This document shows positions 37,200-46,992 of a stretch of DNA of 64,000 nucleotides, in pieces. Made by a program: the position numbers and the translations under genes. Every line of letters begins with the position of its first letter. The first letter of the stretch is position 1. This DNA comes from Bacteriovorax sp. (GTDB lineage: Bacteria > Bdellovibrionota > Bacteriovoracia > Bacteriovoracales > Bacteriovoracaceae), in assembly GCA_014378525.1 (NCBI GenBank), contig JACMNL010000040.1, positions 548 to 64,547 on the forward strand. Direction: 5' to 3'. The notes under the pieces are model-generated. The model searched no databases. It saw only the letters and a program-made list of their open reading frames with translations, and was not told the origin of the DNA.

Positions 37200-38576
37200 A
37201 ATTTAAAAGAAATTACGAAAAAAGTTTTGCATGGAGATTTCAGCGCGCTGATTTCTTACGGGCACACAAAAAAAAATGTTCACCCTAACGATGTGGCGAA
37301 AGTCCTTGAGTCTGTTCCCAAGACTAATGCAGCTCAGGCATTTTGTTCATTACCTCATCATACACAGATAAAAGTTCTTCCCTATCTGGACCTGATTCTT
37401 CAAAAAGAAATTGTTCATACGCTGGAAAAGCAGAAAGCAGGAATTATTTTAAATGAAATGACATCCGATGACCGTGTGGCCTTACTGTCAACGTTCAGTG
37501 GTGTTGACCGCTCGACTTTCGTTGCGATGTTAAACCCGGAAAATAAAGATGAAGTTCATGACATTTTTGGTTACCCGGAAAATAGTGTTGCAAGATTACT
37601 TAACACAGACTTTGCGACGATTAGTCCCGATGTTACGATTGCAGAGGCCATGGTTCACCTGAGAAAAAACCATAAAGACTCTGAAGCCGCAAACGTTATT
37701 TACGTTGTCAGCGAAGATGAAAAACTTCTCGATGACATTCCTGTAAGAAGATTTGTTTTAAATGATCCTGAGAAAAAAGTTTCGGAAATCTTAGACGGGC
37801 ATTTTATCTCACTTAAAATGTCGGATACAAAAGATATTGCGATAGCAAAATTCAAGGAATACGACCGCACGGTATTACCGGTGACAAATGAAGAAAGAGT
37901 TCTACTAGGCGTTTTAACGATCGATGACGTGCTGGATATCGCGGAACAAAAAGATACAAAAGAAATTCAAAACTTCGGGGGGGTTGAAGGACTCGACTTT
38001 CCATACGTGAAGACCGGTTTTTTCTCCCTGATTAAAAAAAGAGCTACGTGGCTTATCGTTTTATTTGTCGGTGAAATGCTGACGGCCACAGCGATGGGGT
38101 ATTTTGATGCTGAAATTTCAAAGGCCGTTGTTCTCGCGCTTTTTGTCCCGCTAATTATCTCCAGTGGAGGTAATAGTGGTTCTCAGGCGGCAACTTTAAT
38201 CATCAGAGCGATGGCCTTGAACGAACTCACGATTAAAGACTGGTGGTTTGTTATGAGAAGGGAAATTTTATCAGGTCTGACGTTAGGACTTCTTCTCGGG
38301 ACTATTGGATTCATCAGAATTTCAATCTGGCAAAACATGCACTGGTTTAATTACGGCCCACACTGGTTTTTAATTGCACTGACAATTTTCTTTTCGCTGA
38401 TTGGAATTGTTATGTGGGGAACATTGAGTGGATCAATGATTCCTATATTGCTTAAAAAATTAAAACTGGACCCTGCGACTTCATCAGCACCACTGGTGGC
38501 GACGATTGTCGACGTTACCGGATTGATTATTTATTTTTCAATTGCTGCATTTATTCTGAAGGGAACTGTTTTATAA
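37194..38576 (+). CDS. mgtE: Magnesium transporter MgtE
   Basis: MgtE_N domain, CBS pair, TIDDVLD, PLIISSGGNSGSQA, DPATSSAPLVATIVDV. Confidence 0.95.
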   Translation: MINLKEITKKVLHGDFSALISYGHTKKNVHPNDVAKVLESVPKTNAAQAFCSLPHHTQIKVLPYLDLILQKEIVHTLEKQKAGIILNEMTSDDRVALLSTFSGVDRSTFVAMLNPENKDEVHDIFGYPENSVARLLNTDFATISPDVTIAEAMVHLRKNHKDSEAANVIYVVSEDEKLLDDIPVRRFVLNDPEKKVSEILDGHFISLKMSDTKDIAIAKFKEYDRTVLPVTNEERVLLGVLTIDDVLDIAEQKDTKEIQNFGGVEGLDFPYVKTGFFSLIKKRATWLIVLFVGEMLTATAMGYFDAEISKAVVLALFVPLIISSGGNSGSQAATLIIRAMALNELTIKDWWFVMRREILSGLTLGLLLGTIGFIRISIWQNMHWFNYGPHWFLIALTIFFSLIGIVMWGTLSGSMIPILLKKLKLDPATSSAPLVATIVDVTGLIIYFSIAAFILKGTVL

Positions 38577-38593
38577 AAAATGAGCATAAACTT

Positions 38594-38620
38594 AAAAGGC
38601 GGCTTTATAAGGCCGCCTTT
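38594..38620. terminator. Bidirectional terminator
   Basis: AAAGGCGGC-tttataag-GCCGCCTTT. Confidence 0.75.
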
Positions 38621-38624
38621 ATTG

Positions 38625-39581
38625 CTACATCAATTCATCACAAGCATTGAGATCCTGCTCAACGAAGTCCTGAACACTCTGTAACATTTGATTACATACT
38701 GGTACTACTTCTGCTTCCTGTCTGTTGATAGGACCGTAGTGATTGCGGCGTACACGCAACATAAGCATCGCGTACTCTGCAGCGAAAGCGGGACACGATT
38801 TATTCATCGCCTGATAAGTAGCACCTTCGCCGGAGCCATAGATGGTCGATGAACTGCAAGAGACACCAGCAGAAAAAACATCGAGAGAGCATTTTAATGG
38901 ATTCGCTTTGTATTCAGCATAAAGATTGCTTAATTCAGCATTGGCACCCATGGAGTCATAACTTGTCTGGAACATTCCCGCTTCAGCAGTACTTGCAGAA
39001 GTATTTGAGGCCGACATATCACGTCCTTCACAGTATTTTCCTGAACTCTCTCTCATACCGAGACCAATTCCCAGTGTGTAAAGTGAACGCAGTGGATTTT
39101 CTCCTGCATTAATCACATCCATTGATAAACCAGAAAATTTTGATGAGTACAATCCGAGAGCATCAGTTGATGAACTTCCGGCCGCACCACTTAACAGCAC
39201 AACAAGATTAGTCGGCGCTGCTGCTGTTGTTTTTAATCTGCAGAAACTGCGTGCAAATGTCAGGGCCATTCCTTTAATGTAAGCAGCTGGAGCTCGACCT
39301 CTGCTGGAAAAAGAATAACTCGCACACGTTGATGATGCTGCAATAGATTTTACCTGGTCTGTATAATAACCGGCCGCCTGAGAAGATCCACCACTTGCAC
39401 CAGATGATGAATCAGTTGATGATCCTGAGGTTGTATCCTGTTCTCCAGTTTGTGAGACTTCACTACTAGCAGCTGTGCCTGATGCAGAAGTAGAAGTAGA
39501 ATCACAAGAAGTTAGAGTTAATATTAAAAGTAAAAGTAAAAATGCAAGCACAGAACGTGCAGGTTTTTTAGTAAGCTCCAT
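38625..39581 (-). CDS. Lipoprotein with Ser-rich linker and lysozyme-like C-terminal domain
   Basis: Lipobox LTSC, S/T/G linker, GLGMRESSG..TAEAGMFQTSY resembling the lysozyme/SLT catalytic Glu and GxxQ motifs. Confidence 0.6.
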   Translation of the reverse strand: MELTKKPARSVLAFLLLLLILTLTSCDSTSTSASGTAASSEVSQTGEQDTTSGSSTDSSSGASGGSSQAAGYYTDQVKSIAASSTCASYSFSSRGRAPAAYIKGMALTFARSFCRLKTTAAAPTNLVVLLSGAAGSSSTDALGLYSSKFSGLSMDVINAGENPLRSLYTLGIGLGMRESSGKYCEGRDMSASNTSASTAEAGMFQTSYDSMGANAELSNLYAEYKANPLKCSLDVFSAGVSCSSSTIYGSGEGATYQAMNKSCPAFAAEYAMLMLRVRRNHYGPINRQEAEVVPVCNQMLQSVQDFVEQDLNACDELM

Positions 39582-39646
39582 CCGTGGACCCCTTGTAAAA
39601 AATGTTTATGATCATATTGATCATATTGAACTTGTACTTTTCTAAG

Positions 39647-39662
39647 AGCAGTTAACGTGCCA
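39647..39662 (-). promoter_or_regulatory. sigma54 -24/-12 promoter
   Basis: The minus strand reads TGGCACGTTAACTGCT, 65 nt before ATG 39581. Confidence 0.6.
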
Positions 39663-39890
39663 ATAACTATAAAGAGCGTTAAGAAACCCAAAATACATAG
39701 AGTCTAAATTTAAAAAATAGAATGATCAGTTACATTTTGATTCTTATAAATATAAATTCAAAAAAAATTATTTTGTAAAAGTGGAGTTTAAATGTCACCG
39801 AGGGCACCAGCAAAAAAAGTCACAATACTTTTTTTCCACACTCTCTAAAAATTCTTCAATAAAATTCAAGGAAAAAATTGCCGGTCGTGG

Positions 39891-40742
39891 CTACTTAGAT
39901 TCAGATTGAAATGCTTCAAGATCCGTTTGCGGCTGAACAATAACGAGTCCGTCACTACTCGTAGTCTTCTCACATTTTGCAATCAACTGGGCAGTACATG
40001 TTTTTGTAGATGTTCCGAACATTGAATAATCTTTTGTACATTCTGTTTTGATCTTTTTTGTTTCGATATCAGCAACAACTCTCCCGTTTCCGTGACGGAA
40101 AACATCGCAGACCTGATCCATTTTTTTAATCAGCTCTTTTTTTGCACATTTAATCAGACCGTTGTCTGTCTTTACCAGAAGTGATTCACGACATGAGGCC
40201 ACATCTTCAATCATTCCAGTCTTCGTTGCTGTGATTGAAGAAAAAACATCCCACGTCGTTTCTGCGCGTATTGTATTGTCGATTGTACTAACTGTGAATG
40301 CATTGATGTATTGATCTGAAATTGTCGACATTGAAAAGCCCAGCACAAATCTATTATTTCCATCATTAAGTGCATTGAACCTGTCACCGACGCAAAGATC
40401 TTCTTCTTCTTCAGGATTGCTCAGACACAGTCCTTTTTTATTCAGAATAATATCTTTACCCGTCATTCTGATTTTATGTCCGGCCTTATCCTGAACCAGG
40501 AAAAATATAGTTTCTGCTTTATCGTCTTCCATTCCTGAAATATCGATCTCAATGATTTTTCCGCTTGTCTTGGTTTTACTGATGTATGAGCTCTCACCAA
40601 CGCAGACATTTTGAATATTAAATCCACTGGCCGGAGGCAATGCGACACATTGATTTTCTGCAGAGGCCGTAGATCTCGCCCCGGAGAAAAAAGAGCAACT
40701 GCTGCTTAATGTAAGTGCTACTAATAGAATAATAAATTTCAT
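39891..40742 (-). CDS. Cys-rich hypothetical lipoprotein
   Basis: Lipobox SSSC; multiple paired Cys. Confidence 0.7.
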   Translation of the reverse strand: MKFIILLVALTLSSSCSFFSGARSTASAENQCVALPPASGFNIQNVCVGESSYISKTKTSGKIIEIDISGMEDDKAETIFFLVQDKAGHKIRMTGKDIILNKKGLCLSNPEEEEDLCVGDRFNALNDGNNRFVLGFSMSTISDQYINAFTVSTIDNTIRAETTWDVFSSITATKTGMIEDVASCRESLLVKTDNGLIKCAKKELIKKMDQVCDVFRHGNGRVVADIETKKIKTECTKDYSMFGTSTKTCTAQLIAKCEKTTSSDGLVIVQPQTDLEAFQSESK

Positions 40743-40938
40743 GCACAAACCCTCAATATACCTATGCAGTCCTATCGTCAGTTAGGGGCACTTACATTAT
40801 TAAATAACTGACTCAACGGCCGACTGCGAGCATCGGTCAATTTTATCTTTTAAAAGACTTGCGTATACGTATAAATTTTATTTAACATTAAACAAGTAAA
40901 TGTATTTAAACTGCATTATTTGAACACAGGATTGTTTA

Positions 40939-41232
40939 ATGAATGAATCTAAAAATCTAAAAATTTTGGTAGCGGATGATGATCTGACTTTTTTAGAAAT
41001 AGCTGATGAAAAGCTATCTCAAAGAGGCTTTGATGTTCTGGTTGCAACTCTAAGTGAAGCAGTCAATATTTTAAAGCGTGAAGTCGTGGGTACTGTCTTC
41101 ATTGACTTCAATAAATCTAAAACAGATGGTGCAAAAGTTTTGAGACTTGTGGACTCACTTGAAGTTAAACCACTTGTTCAATATTTCGGACAGCTTTCAG
41201 AAATAGAAGAGTCTCATCAGTTGTACTGCTAA
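40939..41232 (+). CDS. Truncated receiver-domain protein
   Basis: KILVADDD..LSQRGFDV..VFIDF; ends after LEVKP without the beta5 Lys. Confidence 0.65.
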   Translation: MNESKNLKILVADDDLTFLEIADEKLSQRGFDVLVATLSEAVNILKREVVGTVFIDFNKSKTDGAKVLRLVDSLEVKPLVQYFGQLSEIEESHQLYC

Positions 41233-41235
41233 AAA

Positions 41236-41424
41236 CTATTTTTGAGTGCTTGTATCTGCTCCAGCAGGGTTTTCACTTCCAAGTGATCCAGTACTGCCTG
41301 TGCCTGCGGAGCCCCCTTCTTTTTCACTTGTCGTCGCAGGTGTGCCATCAGCTGTTGGTGTCTCATGTTTTGTACATGCTGCAGTTAAAACTAAAGTCAT
41401 TAGTAACATTGATCTAAATTTCAT
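41236..41424 (-). CDS. Small low-complexity lipoprotein
   Basis: ATG 41424 after GGAGG; lipobox TAAC; T/S/G-rich disordered body. Confidence 0.7.
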   Translation of the reverse strand: MKFRSMLLMTLVLTAACTKHETPTADGTPATTSEKEGGSAGTGSTGSLGSENPAGADTSTQK

Positions 41425-41452
41425 TTCAAACCTCCAGGTTCTTAATAAACTT

Positions 41453-41468
41453 TGCAAACCATAGGCCT
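41453..41468 (-). promoter_or_regulatory. Candidate sigma54 -24/-12 promoter
   Basis: The minus strand reads AGGCCTATGGTTTGCA, 28 nt before ATG 41424. Confidence 0.45.
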
Positions 41469-41516
41469 GAATTTAATTGTTAAATAACGCGATTTTTCTA
41501 GATTGCTGAGGCAATT

Positions 41517-42530
41517 TTACTCAGCTGTTTTAATCGCTCGTTCTCTCTGATAGTTTCCGAAACCTAATTTTACAGCATCAAGAATTCTTGGAAGTAGTTC
41601 AGGATCAAACTGCTTACCTTTATCGTACTCTAAAACTTTAATGGCCGTTTTATACATCTTCGCTTTATCGCGGCGGTTTTCCATACAAACATTATCAAAA
41701 ATGTTGGCGATTGAAACAATTTTAGTAAGTCCGTAAATCGCATCTCGCGTCATCCCTTTCGGGAATCCTACACCGGCATACTGCTCATGGTGTTCAGCTA
41801 CGATTGATAAAACCTGCTTGTTGATCTGCGGATTTTTTTTCAGCATTTCAACACCGGCCTGTGGATGCTCGGTAATGGCCTTAGTATAAGCAACGGATTT
41901 TGGTTTATCCATAATTGCAGCAGGTATTTTTGCTTTTCCGTAATCATGAAAGAGAGCGCCCATGTATAAATTTTCCAGAACCAGCTGGTGCGTCTGACCT
42001 GTCGCCATTCCAAACAGCAGCGAAAGATTTGCTACATTCATCGAATGCTCGGCAATCGTGTTATTAATGCTGGAAATTTTTGCGAAAATATCTGCGGATG
42101 GATTTTTATCTTTAATTATTTCAATGAAAGACTGTACCTGCTCTTTTAGTATATCAACAGTCTCGCTCGAAAGTTCTTCGTCCATGAATACTTCATAGAC
42201 CGTCTCTTTAATCTCTGCCTGTTGAACAACCATATCGCGATTTTCTTCGCCTACTTCAGCAACAACTGAATCTATCTCTGCTTGTTTTTGTGCTTCTACA
42301 AATTCATCAAAAGCAGAAAGTTCTTCTTTGGCAACGAAAAGTTCTTTAACGTTCATCGAGATAAAGTAGTTGTATTTTTCTTCGGGAATGACATCCCCTT
42401 TTTCCTTGAACTTGATAAACTTGTCGCCGATCTTAACGTATACGTCCGCACTCAACTCACCATTACAGGGGATTTTCGAGAGTGGCGTACCTAAAAATTG
42501 ATCGGAATTCAGACTGACATTTTCTACCAT
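41517..42530 (-). CDS. HD-GYP-domain protein (c-di-GMP phosphodiesterase-like)
   Basis: EHSMNVA, LFHDYGK, EHHEQYAGVGFP (GYP to GFP), IANIFD (D to N), QFDP. Confidence 0.85.
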   Translation of the reverse strand: MVENVSLNSDQFLGTPLSKIPCNGELSADVYVKIGDKFIKFKEKGDVIPEEKYNYFISMNVKELFVAKEELSAFDEFVEAQKQAEIDSVVAEVGEENRDMVVQQAEIKETVYEVFMDEELSSETVDILKEQVQSFIEIIKDKNPSADIFAKISSINNTIAEHSMNVANLSLLFGMATGQTHQLVLENLYMGALFHDYGKAKIPAAIMDKPKSVAYTKAITEHPQAGVEMLKKNPQINKQVLSIVAEHHEQYAGVGFPKGMTRDAIYGLTKIVSIANIFDNVCMENRRDKAKMYKTAIKVLEYDKGKQFDPELLPRILDAVKLGFGNYQRERAIKTAE

Positions 42531-42682
42531 GAAATAAGCTTATAAGATTTATCGGAAAAATCAAGGCTTATACATAGGTAAACTGTCCGGTTTTTAAACA
42601 CCTCCCTATAAAAAAGTAAAGGTTCCATCAAAGTGCCCCTATGAACGATATGATTATGAAAATTAATTCTCAGGAGCACTCA

Positions 42683-43090
42683 ATGAAAGTATTAATGACA
42701 ACTGCAATGTTACTTCTTTCTGTAAATGCATTTTCCGCAACTATTCAAGATTGTATTGTTGAAGGAAAATTAGTTCCCAATGTTGTTCTTCTAAACTCAG
42801 CAGGAACTGAAGGCATCCAGAAAATCCTTGATTCAAAAGACAGTGTTGAAATGAAAAAAAATCTTATTAAAAGAATTCTTTATATCGAAACACTTTCAAT
42901 CGGTGATGGAAATAGTGTGTGTGAAATCGCAACTAAACGTTACAACGTTAGCGAAGAAAAATGTTTAAAAGTTATGAAGTCGAGTGACTTAATGTCAGCG
43001 ATTCTTGAAGAATCAGATCCATCAGAAGCTCCAACACTTGAATGTAAAATTGGTGTAACAGCGATGCTTTCAATGCAATTTAATATGTAA
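42683..43090 (+). CDS. Hypothetical exported protein
   Basis: ATG 42683 after AGGAG; signal peptide ending VNAFS; 4 Cys. Confidence 0.7.
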   Translation: MKVLMTTAMLLLSVNAFSATIQDCIVEGKLVPNVVLLNSAGTEGIQKILDSKDSVEMKKNLIKRILYIETLSIGDGNSVCEIATKRYNVSEEKCLKVMKSSDLMSAILEESDPSEAPTLECKIGVTAMLSMQFNM

Positions 43091-43100
43091 TTCAACTTCA

Positions 43101-43124
43101 GGTGCAGTACCTTAAGACTGCACC
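43101..43124 (+). terminator. Hairpin / probable terminator
   Basis: GGTGCAGT-accttaag-ACTGCACC. Confidence 0.5.
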
Positions 43125-43255
43125 GAGGTTTTCTAAAATTAGATGTAATCCTAACTAGTTAAGAAATATCATAACCTTAGATCGACTCAAACATGTAAAA
43201 TTTTTTTATTGCCAAAATCTGTAGACGCACCAATGTAAAGCATTTAGATTCTCCC

Positions 43256-44347
43256 ATGTTTAAAACCAGTGATGAAAAACAGTCATTAATGATTCCGGCC
43301 GCTATGCCTTGGCTCCGGCTTTTTGCTGTTTTCATGGTGTACACTGGCCACAGTAAACTCGGTTTAGCTAGTGGACATGGCTCTGTATTTTTTCTAGTCC
43401 TGACAGGTTTCACTTTCACTAGATTTTTTATCATGGAGTGGACAAAATCCAGATCTCTTCAGATAAAAATGTTTTTAAAAAAACGATTAACAAAAATTAT
43501 TCCTGCTTTTTATACTGCCATTTTCATCAACGTTTTTATTAAATGGATTTTTAACAGCTCAATTAATTATTCTCAAGTCATTTCAAACTTATTTTTTGCT
43601 GGAAATTACTACAACGCTTTTAATGGCCATCCCAATACGGGCTTCTCACATTTCTGGACCGTCTCAATGATGATCCAGTTTTATCTTTTCTGGCCTCTGC
43701 TTTTTGTATTCCTTGCAAGAAGAACAAAAACTGTTTTTAACATGAGCTTATCTCTTTCACTTATAATAGCAGCCGTAATTTTTTATAGAACCTTCCTGGT
43801 ATTCACGCATCCTGAAGCAAATGCATACATTTACAATTCACTTGAAACAAGACTGGATTCTTTTTTAATAGGTGCCATCTTCGCGATTAACATCAATCAC
43901 CGGATTTTCCAGAAGGTAAGAGAGACAGTTAGAAAGCACAAATGGACTTTTATTCCAGTGATTGTCGCCATAGCTTCGATGAGCGAGTTATCCTTACCTG
44001 TGCGCAACACTTTTGGCTTTGCCTTGCATTCAACTTTAATCGGACTTCTGATTGTTCAACTAGGGGCCTTCGGTCAGAGTTATATCGCGACCTCAAAATT
44101 TCATTTTCAGACGGAATTTCTTGGTGAAGTTACATATTGGTTCTACCTGCTCCACCCGTGGGGATTTTATATTGGTAAATTACTTCATACCAACGCCTAC
44201 ATAGAAATGTTCTTTGGTGGATTTTTCGTTTTGGGTTCACTAACGATTCTCTGCGTGATAAAAAAACGCGGATTCAACTCTCTGCTTCGTCTGCCAAAGC
44301 TTATTAGAAAACCTTTTGGATTTATCAGACAAAACATTCTATATTAA
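43256..44347 (+). CDS. Acyltransferase family 3 (OafA-like) membrane O-acyltransferase
   Basis: LRLFAVFMVYTGH, FLVLTGF, KRLTKIIPAFY, HFWTVS, YWFYLLH. Confidence 0.85.
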   Translation: MFKTSDEKQSLMIPAAMPWLRLFAVFMVYTGHSKLGLASGHGSVFFLVLTGFTFTRFFIMEWTKSRSLQIKMFLKKRLTKIIPAFYTAIFINVFIKWIFNSSINYSQVISNLFFAGNYYNAFNGHPNTGFSHFWTVSMMIQFYLFWPLLFVFLARRTKTVFNMSLSLSLIIAAVIFYRTFLVFTHPEANAYIYNSLETRLDSFLIGAIFAININHRIFQKVRETVRKHKWTFIPVIVAIASMSELSLPVRNTFGFALHSTLIGLLIVQLGAFGQSYIATSKFHFQTEFLGEVTYWFYLLHPWGFYIGKLLHTNAYIEMFFGGFFVLGSLTILCVIKKRGFNSLLRLPKLIRKPFGFIRQNILY

Positions 44348-44352
44348 TCTCC

Positions 44353-45189
44353 ATGAATTCTCACCACTCTGAAATTAATGACGTCACTGATACGGCCTTA
44401 TGGGTTGCTGCTTATCGTGCAGAAGAAGCAGAAAGAAAAGATGCTCTCTTCAAGGATTCATTTGCATCTCTGCTTATCGGCGATCACGGTCACTCAATTG
44501 CAGCGAGAACTCAGGGCTCAAGGTACACGGCATGGTCGGTAGTCATCCGAACTTATATCATTGACAATTTTTTTAAGAATCTCATTCCAAAAGACATTGA
44601 TACTGTTTTAAATCTGGGCGCCGGCCTCGACACTCGTCCTTATCGCCTCGATCTGCCGGAAAATCTCAGATGGATTGAAGTGGATTTTCAGAAAATCATT
44701 GAGCATAAAAACGAAAAATTAAAAAATGAAAAACCTAAATGCAAACTGGAAAGAATAAGTCTTGATCTATCAGTGGCAGAAGATCGGGATAATTTTTTGA
44801 AAAAGATTTCATACGAATCAAAAAATGTATTGGTACTCACTGAAGGAGTTATTCCCTATTTATCAAACACTGATGCAAAGTCACTCGCTGGCTCACTTCA
44901 CTCTTATAAAAATTTTCGCTACTGGATTACGGAATACTATTCTCCAGAAATCCTCGAATTTCTAAGGACACCTAAAAGATTAAAACAAATGGAGAATGCT
45001 CCTTTTTTATTTTATCCTTCAAACTGGTTTGAATTTTTCAAAGAAGCAGGCTGGAAAAACATTGAAACAAAATATTTTGGTGAAGAGTCCGAGCGACTGG
45101 GAAGAACGCAACCTACGATGGGAAAACTTTCCAATGAGAAAGTTAAACGCTATCTTGGTTATTCAATATATGAGCGGGATTTAATCTAG
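44353..45189 (+). CDS. SAM-dependent methyltransferase, leucine-carboxyl-methyltransferase-like family
   Basis: TALWVAAYRAEE, LNLGAGLDTRPYRL, WIEVD, LTEGVIPYL. Confidence 0.9.
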   Translation: MNSHHSEINDVTDTALWVAAYRAEEAERKDALFKDSFASLLIGDHGHSIAARTQGSRYTAWSVVIRTYIIDNFFKNLIPKDIDTVLNLGAGLDTRPYRLDLPENLRWIEVDFQKIIEHKNEKLKNEKPKCKLERISLDLSVAEDRDNFLKKISYESKNVLVLTEGVIPYLSNTDAKSLAGSLHSYKNFRYWITEYYSPEILEFLRTPKRLKQMENAPFLFYPSNWFEFFKEAGWKNIETKYFGEESERLGRTQPTMGKLSNEKVKRYLGYSIYERDLI

Positions 45190-45716
45190 ATAAATTTCAC
45201 GGCATCGATAAGAAATTCTGCTCTGTAATCTGGTGTGGGATGCTCTCCCTGCTGATCCCCCTCGCCTACAAGAATCGTTTTACATCCAGCTTTAACTCCG
45301 GCAGCAACGTCACCGTATCTATCGCCAATCATGAAGGACTGAGCGAGATCGATGTCCCACTGCCCGGCCGCTTCTGTCAGCATTCCCGGCATTGGTTTTC
45401 TACAAAGACAATTATCACTGTTGGTGTGGTAACAAATTTTAATATCATCAACTGGAAGCAGTTCTTTAATTTTGAAGTTGATCATCTCAACACTTTCTTT
45501 TTTTACCCATCCACGGGCAACGTCAGGCTGGTTCGTCACAACTATGGCCAGAAATCCTTTTTCCTTGATGACTTTAAGTGCTTCAGCAACACCTGGATAA
45601 AGAGCGAATTCTTCAATCGTATATGGCGCCTGAGCTTTTCCGTCTCTGATTATCAGTTTATTTAAAACACCGTCGCGGTCAAGAAAGATTGCTTTTTTCA
45701 TTGATCCATTATGCAT
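45186..45716 (-). CDS. gmhB: D-glycero-D-manno-heptose-1,7-bisphosphate phosphatase (HAD-IIIA)
   Basis: FLDRDGVLN, VVTNQ, CYH..C.CRKP.PGM, MIGDR..DV.AG. Confidence 0.85.
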   Translation of the reverse strand: MHNGSMKKAIFLDRDGVLNKLIIRDGKAQAPYTIEEFALYPGVAEALKVIKEKGFLAIVVTNQPDVARGWVKKESVEMINFKIKELLPVDDIKICYHTNSDNCLCRKPMPGMLTEAAGQWDIDLAQSFMIGDRYGDVAAGVKAGCKTILVGEGDQQGEHPTPDYRAEFLIDAVKFI

Positions 45717-45764
45717 CTTTATCTCCACCTTGAATAGCCACTTTTAAGAGTCTTAGCAGTAAAC

Positions 45765-46991
45765 TCAGGCATCAAATGAAAAGTATTCTTTTTTGTAAAA
45801 TTCGCCTTGAAGATTAATCGAGAATACTTCTGTTTTTTCCAGTGCGGCCGCAAGCTCAGCACTGATATCAAAATCCTTATCCCAGTTCTGCCAGTATTCC
45901 ATGTTGGGATTGATGATGGGATTTTTTGAAGCAAATAATGAGCAGGCATCGTCGTGTGGAATAATGGAAATATCATGAGTGCCTATCGCAGTTGCAGTGT
46001 TCAAAATTTCGAGTTTATTGTAACCCACCAGCGGTCTCAGAATCATTCTTTTAGACACCAGGTCCATCAGGTGCAGGTTATGCATGGTCTGGCTTGAAAC
46101 CTGTCCTATGCAGTCTCCGGTGATGACTGAGTCGGCCTTCACTTTGTCGCATATCAGGTTGGAAATCTCAATCATGTAACGGCGGAAAACAAGTGTCCTG
46201 TATTCTTCCCTGCACTGTTTGCTGATCAGATTTTGAATGTCACCAAATGGAACTATATACAGATGAGTCTGACGCTGGAATTTTGCCAGTTCTTTAGTCA
46301 GGTTTTTTATTTTTGTGACGACTTCCCTTCCGACAAATGGATAAGCGTGGAAAAAAACAAATGACTGTTTTACCCCTCTCTTCGCCATCAAAAAACTAGC
46401 GACAGGAGAATCAAATCCACCAGAGAGCATTGTGACAGCACTGCCAGTGCTTCCCCATGGAAGTCCGCCCATTCCCTTTCGGGTTTCAGTAGAGATAGAA
46501 ATATGTTTAGGAAGAATACGTACATCAATAACAAGCTCGGCGTGTTTCAAATCAACTTTTGCCAATGGGTATCTTGTAATAACTCTGTGACCGATTTCAC
46601 GTCCGATGAATACAGAGGTCTGAGAAAAATTTTTATCAACCCGTTTAACCATCGCGCGAAAGACGATAGATTTTTTGTCCATGATTGAAAGACCATTAAC
46701 AATTTCTTCGTAAACATTTTCCAGGTTTTCATCAGGAAGTCGCTCGAGCATTTTACAGGGAGAGATGTATGCAAGCCCTGGAACACAGGTAAGGGCCTTG
46801 ATAAGCTCTTCACTGAATAGTGTTTTAGAACTGTAGTACAACCTTTCAGACTGAATTTTAAAGGTGAACTTGTCAGGGTGATAAACTTTAAAAACCGCGG
46901 CGACATGATCGACAGCTGAGCGCAGATAATCCTTGCGGTTTTTTCCCTTGAGCCAGAGTTCATCAATAGATATTACAAGATGAGAGAACAT
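45765..46991 (-). CDS. thiI: tRNA 4-thiouridine synthase (THUMP + PP-loop, no rhodanese domain)
   Basis: ELWLKGKNR, THUMP domain, LSGGFDSPVA, GQVSSQT, RPLVG..K.EI. Confidence 0.92.
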   Translation of the reverse strand: MFSHLVISIDELWLKGKNRKDYLRSAVDHVAAVFKVYHPDKFTFKIQSERLYYSSKTLFSEELIKALTCVPGLAYISPCKMLERLPDENLENVYEEIVNGLSIMDKKSIVFRAMVKRVDKNFSQTSVFIGREIGHRVITRYPLAKVDLKHAELVIDVRILPKHISISTETRKGMGGLPWGSTGSAVTMLSGGFDSPVASFLMAKRGVKQSFVFFHAYPFVGREVVTKIKNLTKELAKFQRQTHLYIVPFGDIQNLISKQCREEYRTLVFRRYMIEISNLICDKVKADSVITGDCIGQVSSQTMHNLHLMDLVSKRMILRPLVGYNKLEILNTATAIGTHDISIIPHDDACSLFASKNPIINPNMEYWQNWDKDFDISAELAAALEKTEVFSINLQGEFYKKEYFSFDA

Positions 46992-46992
46992 T

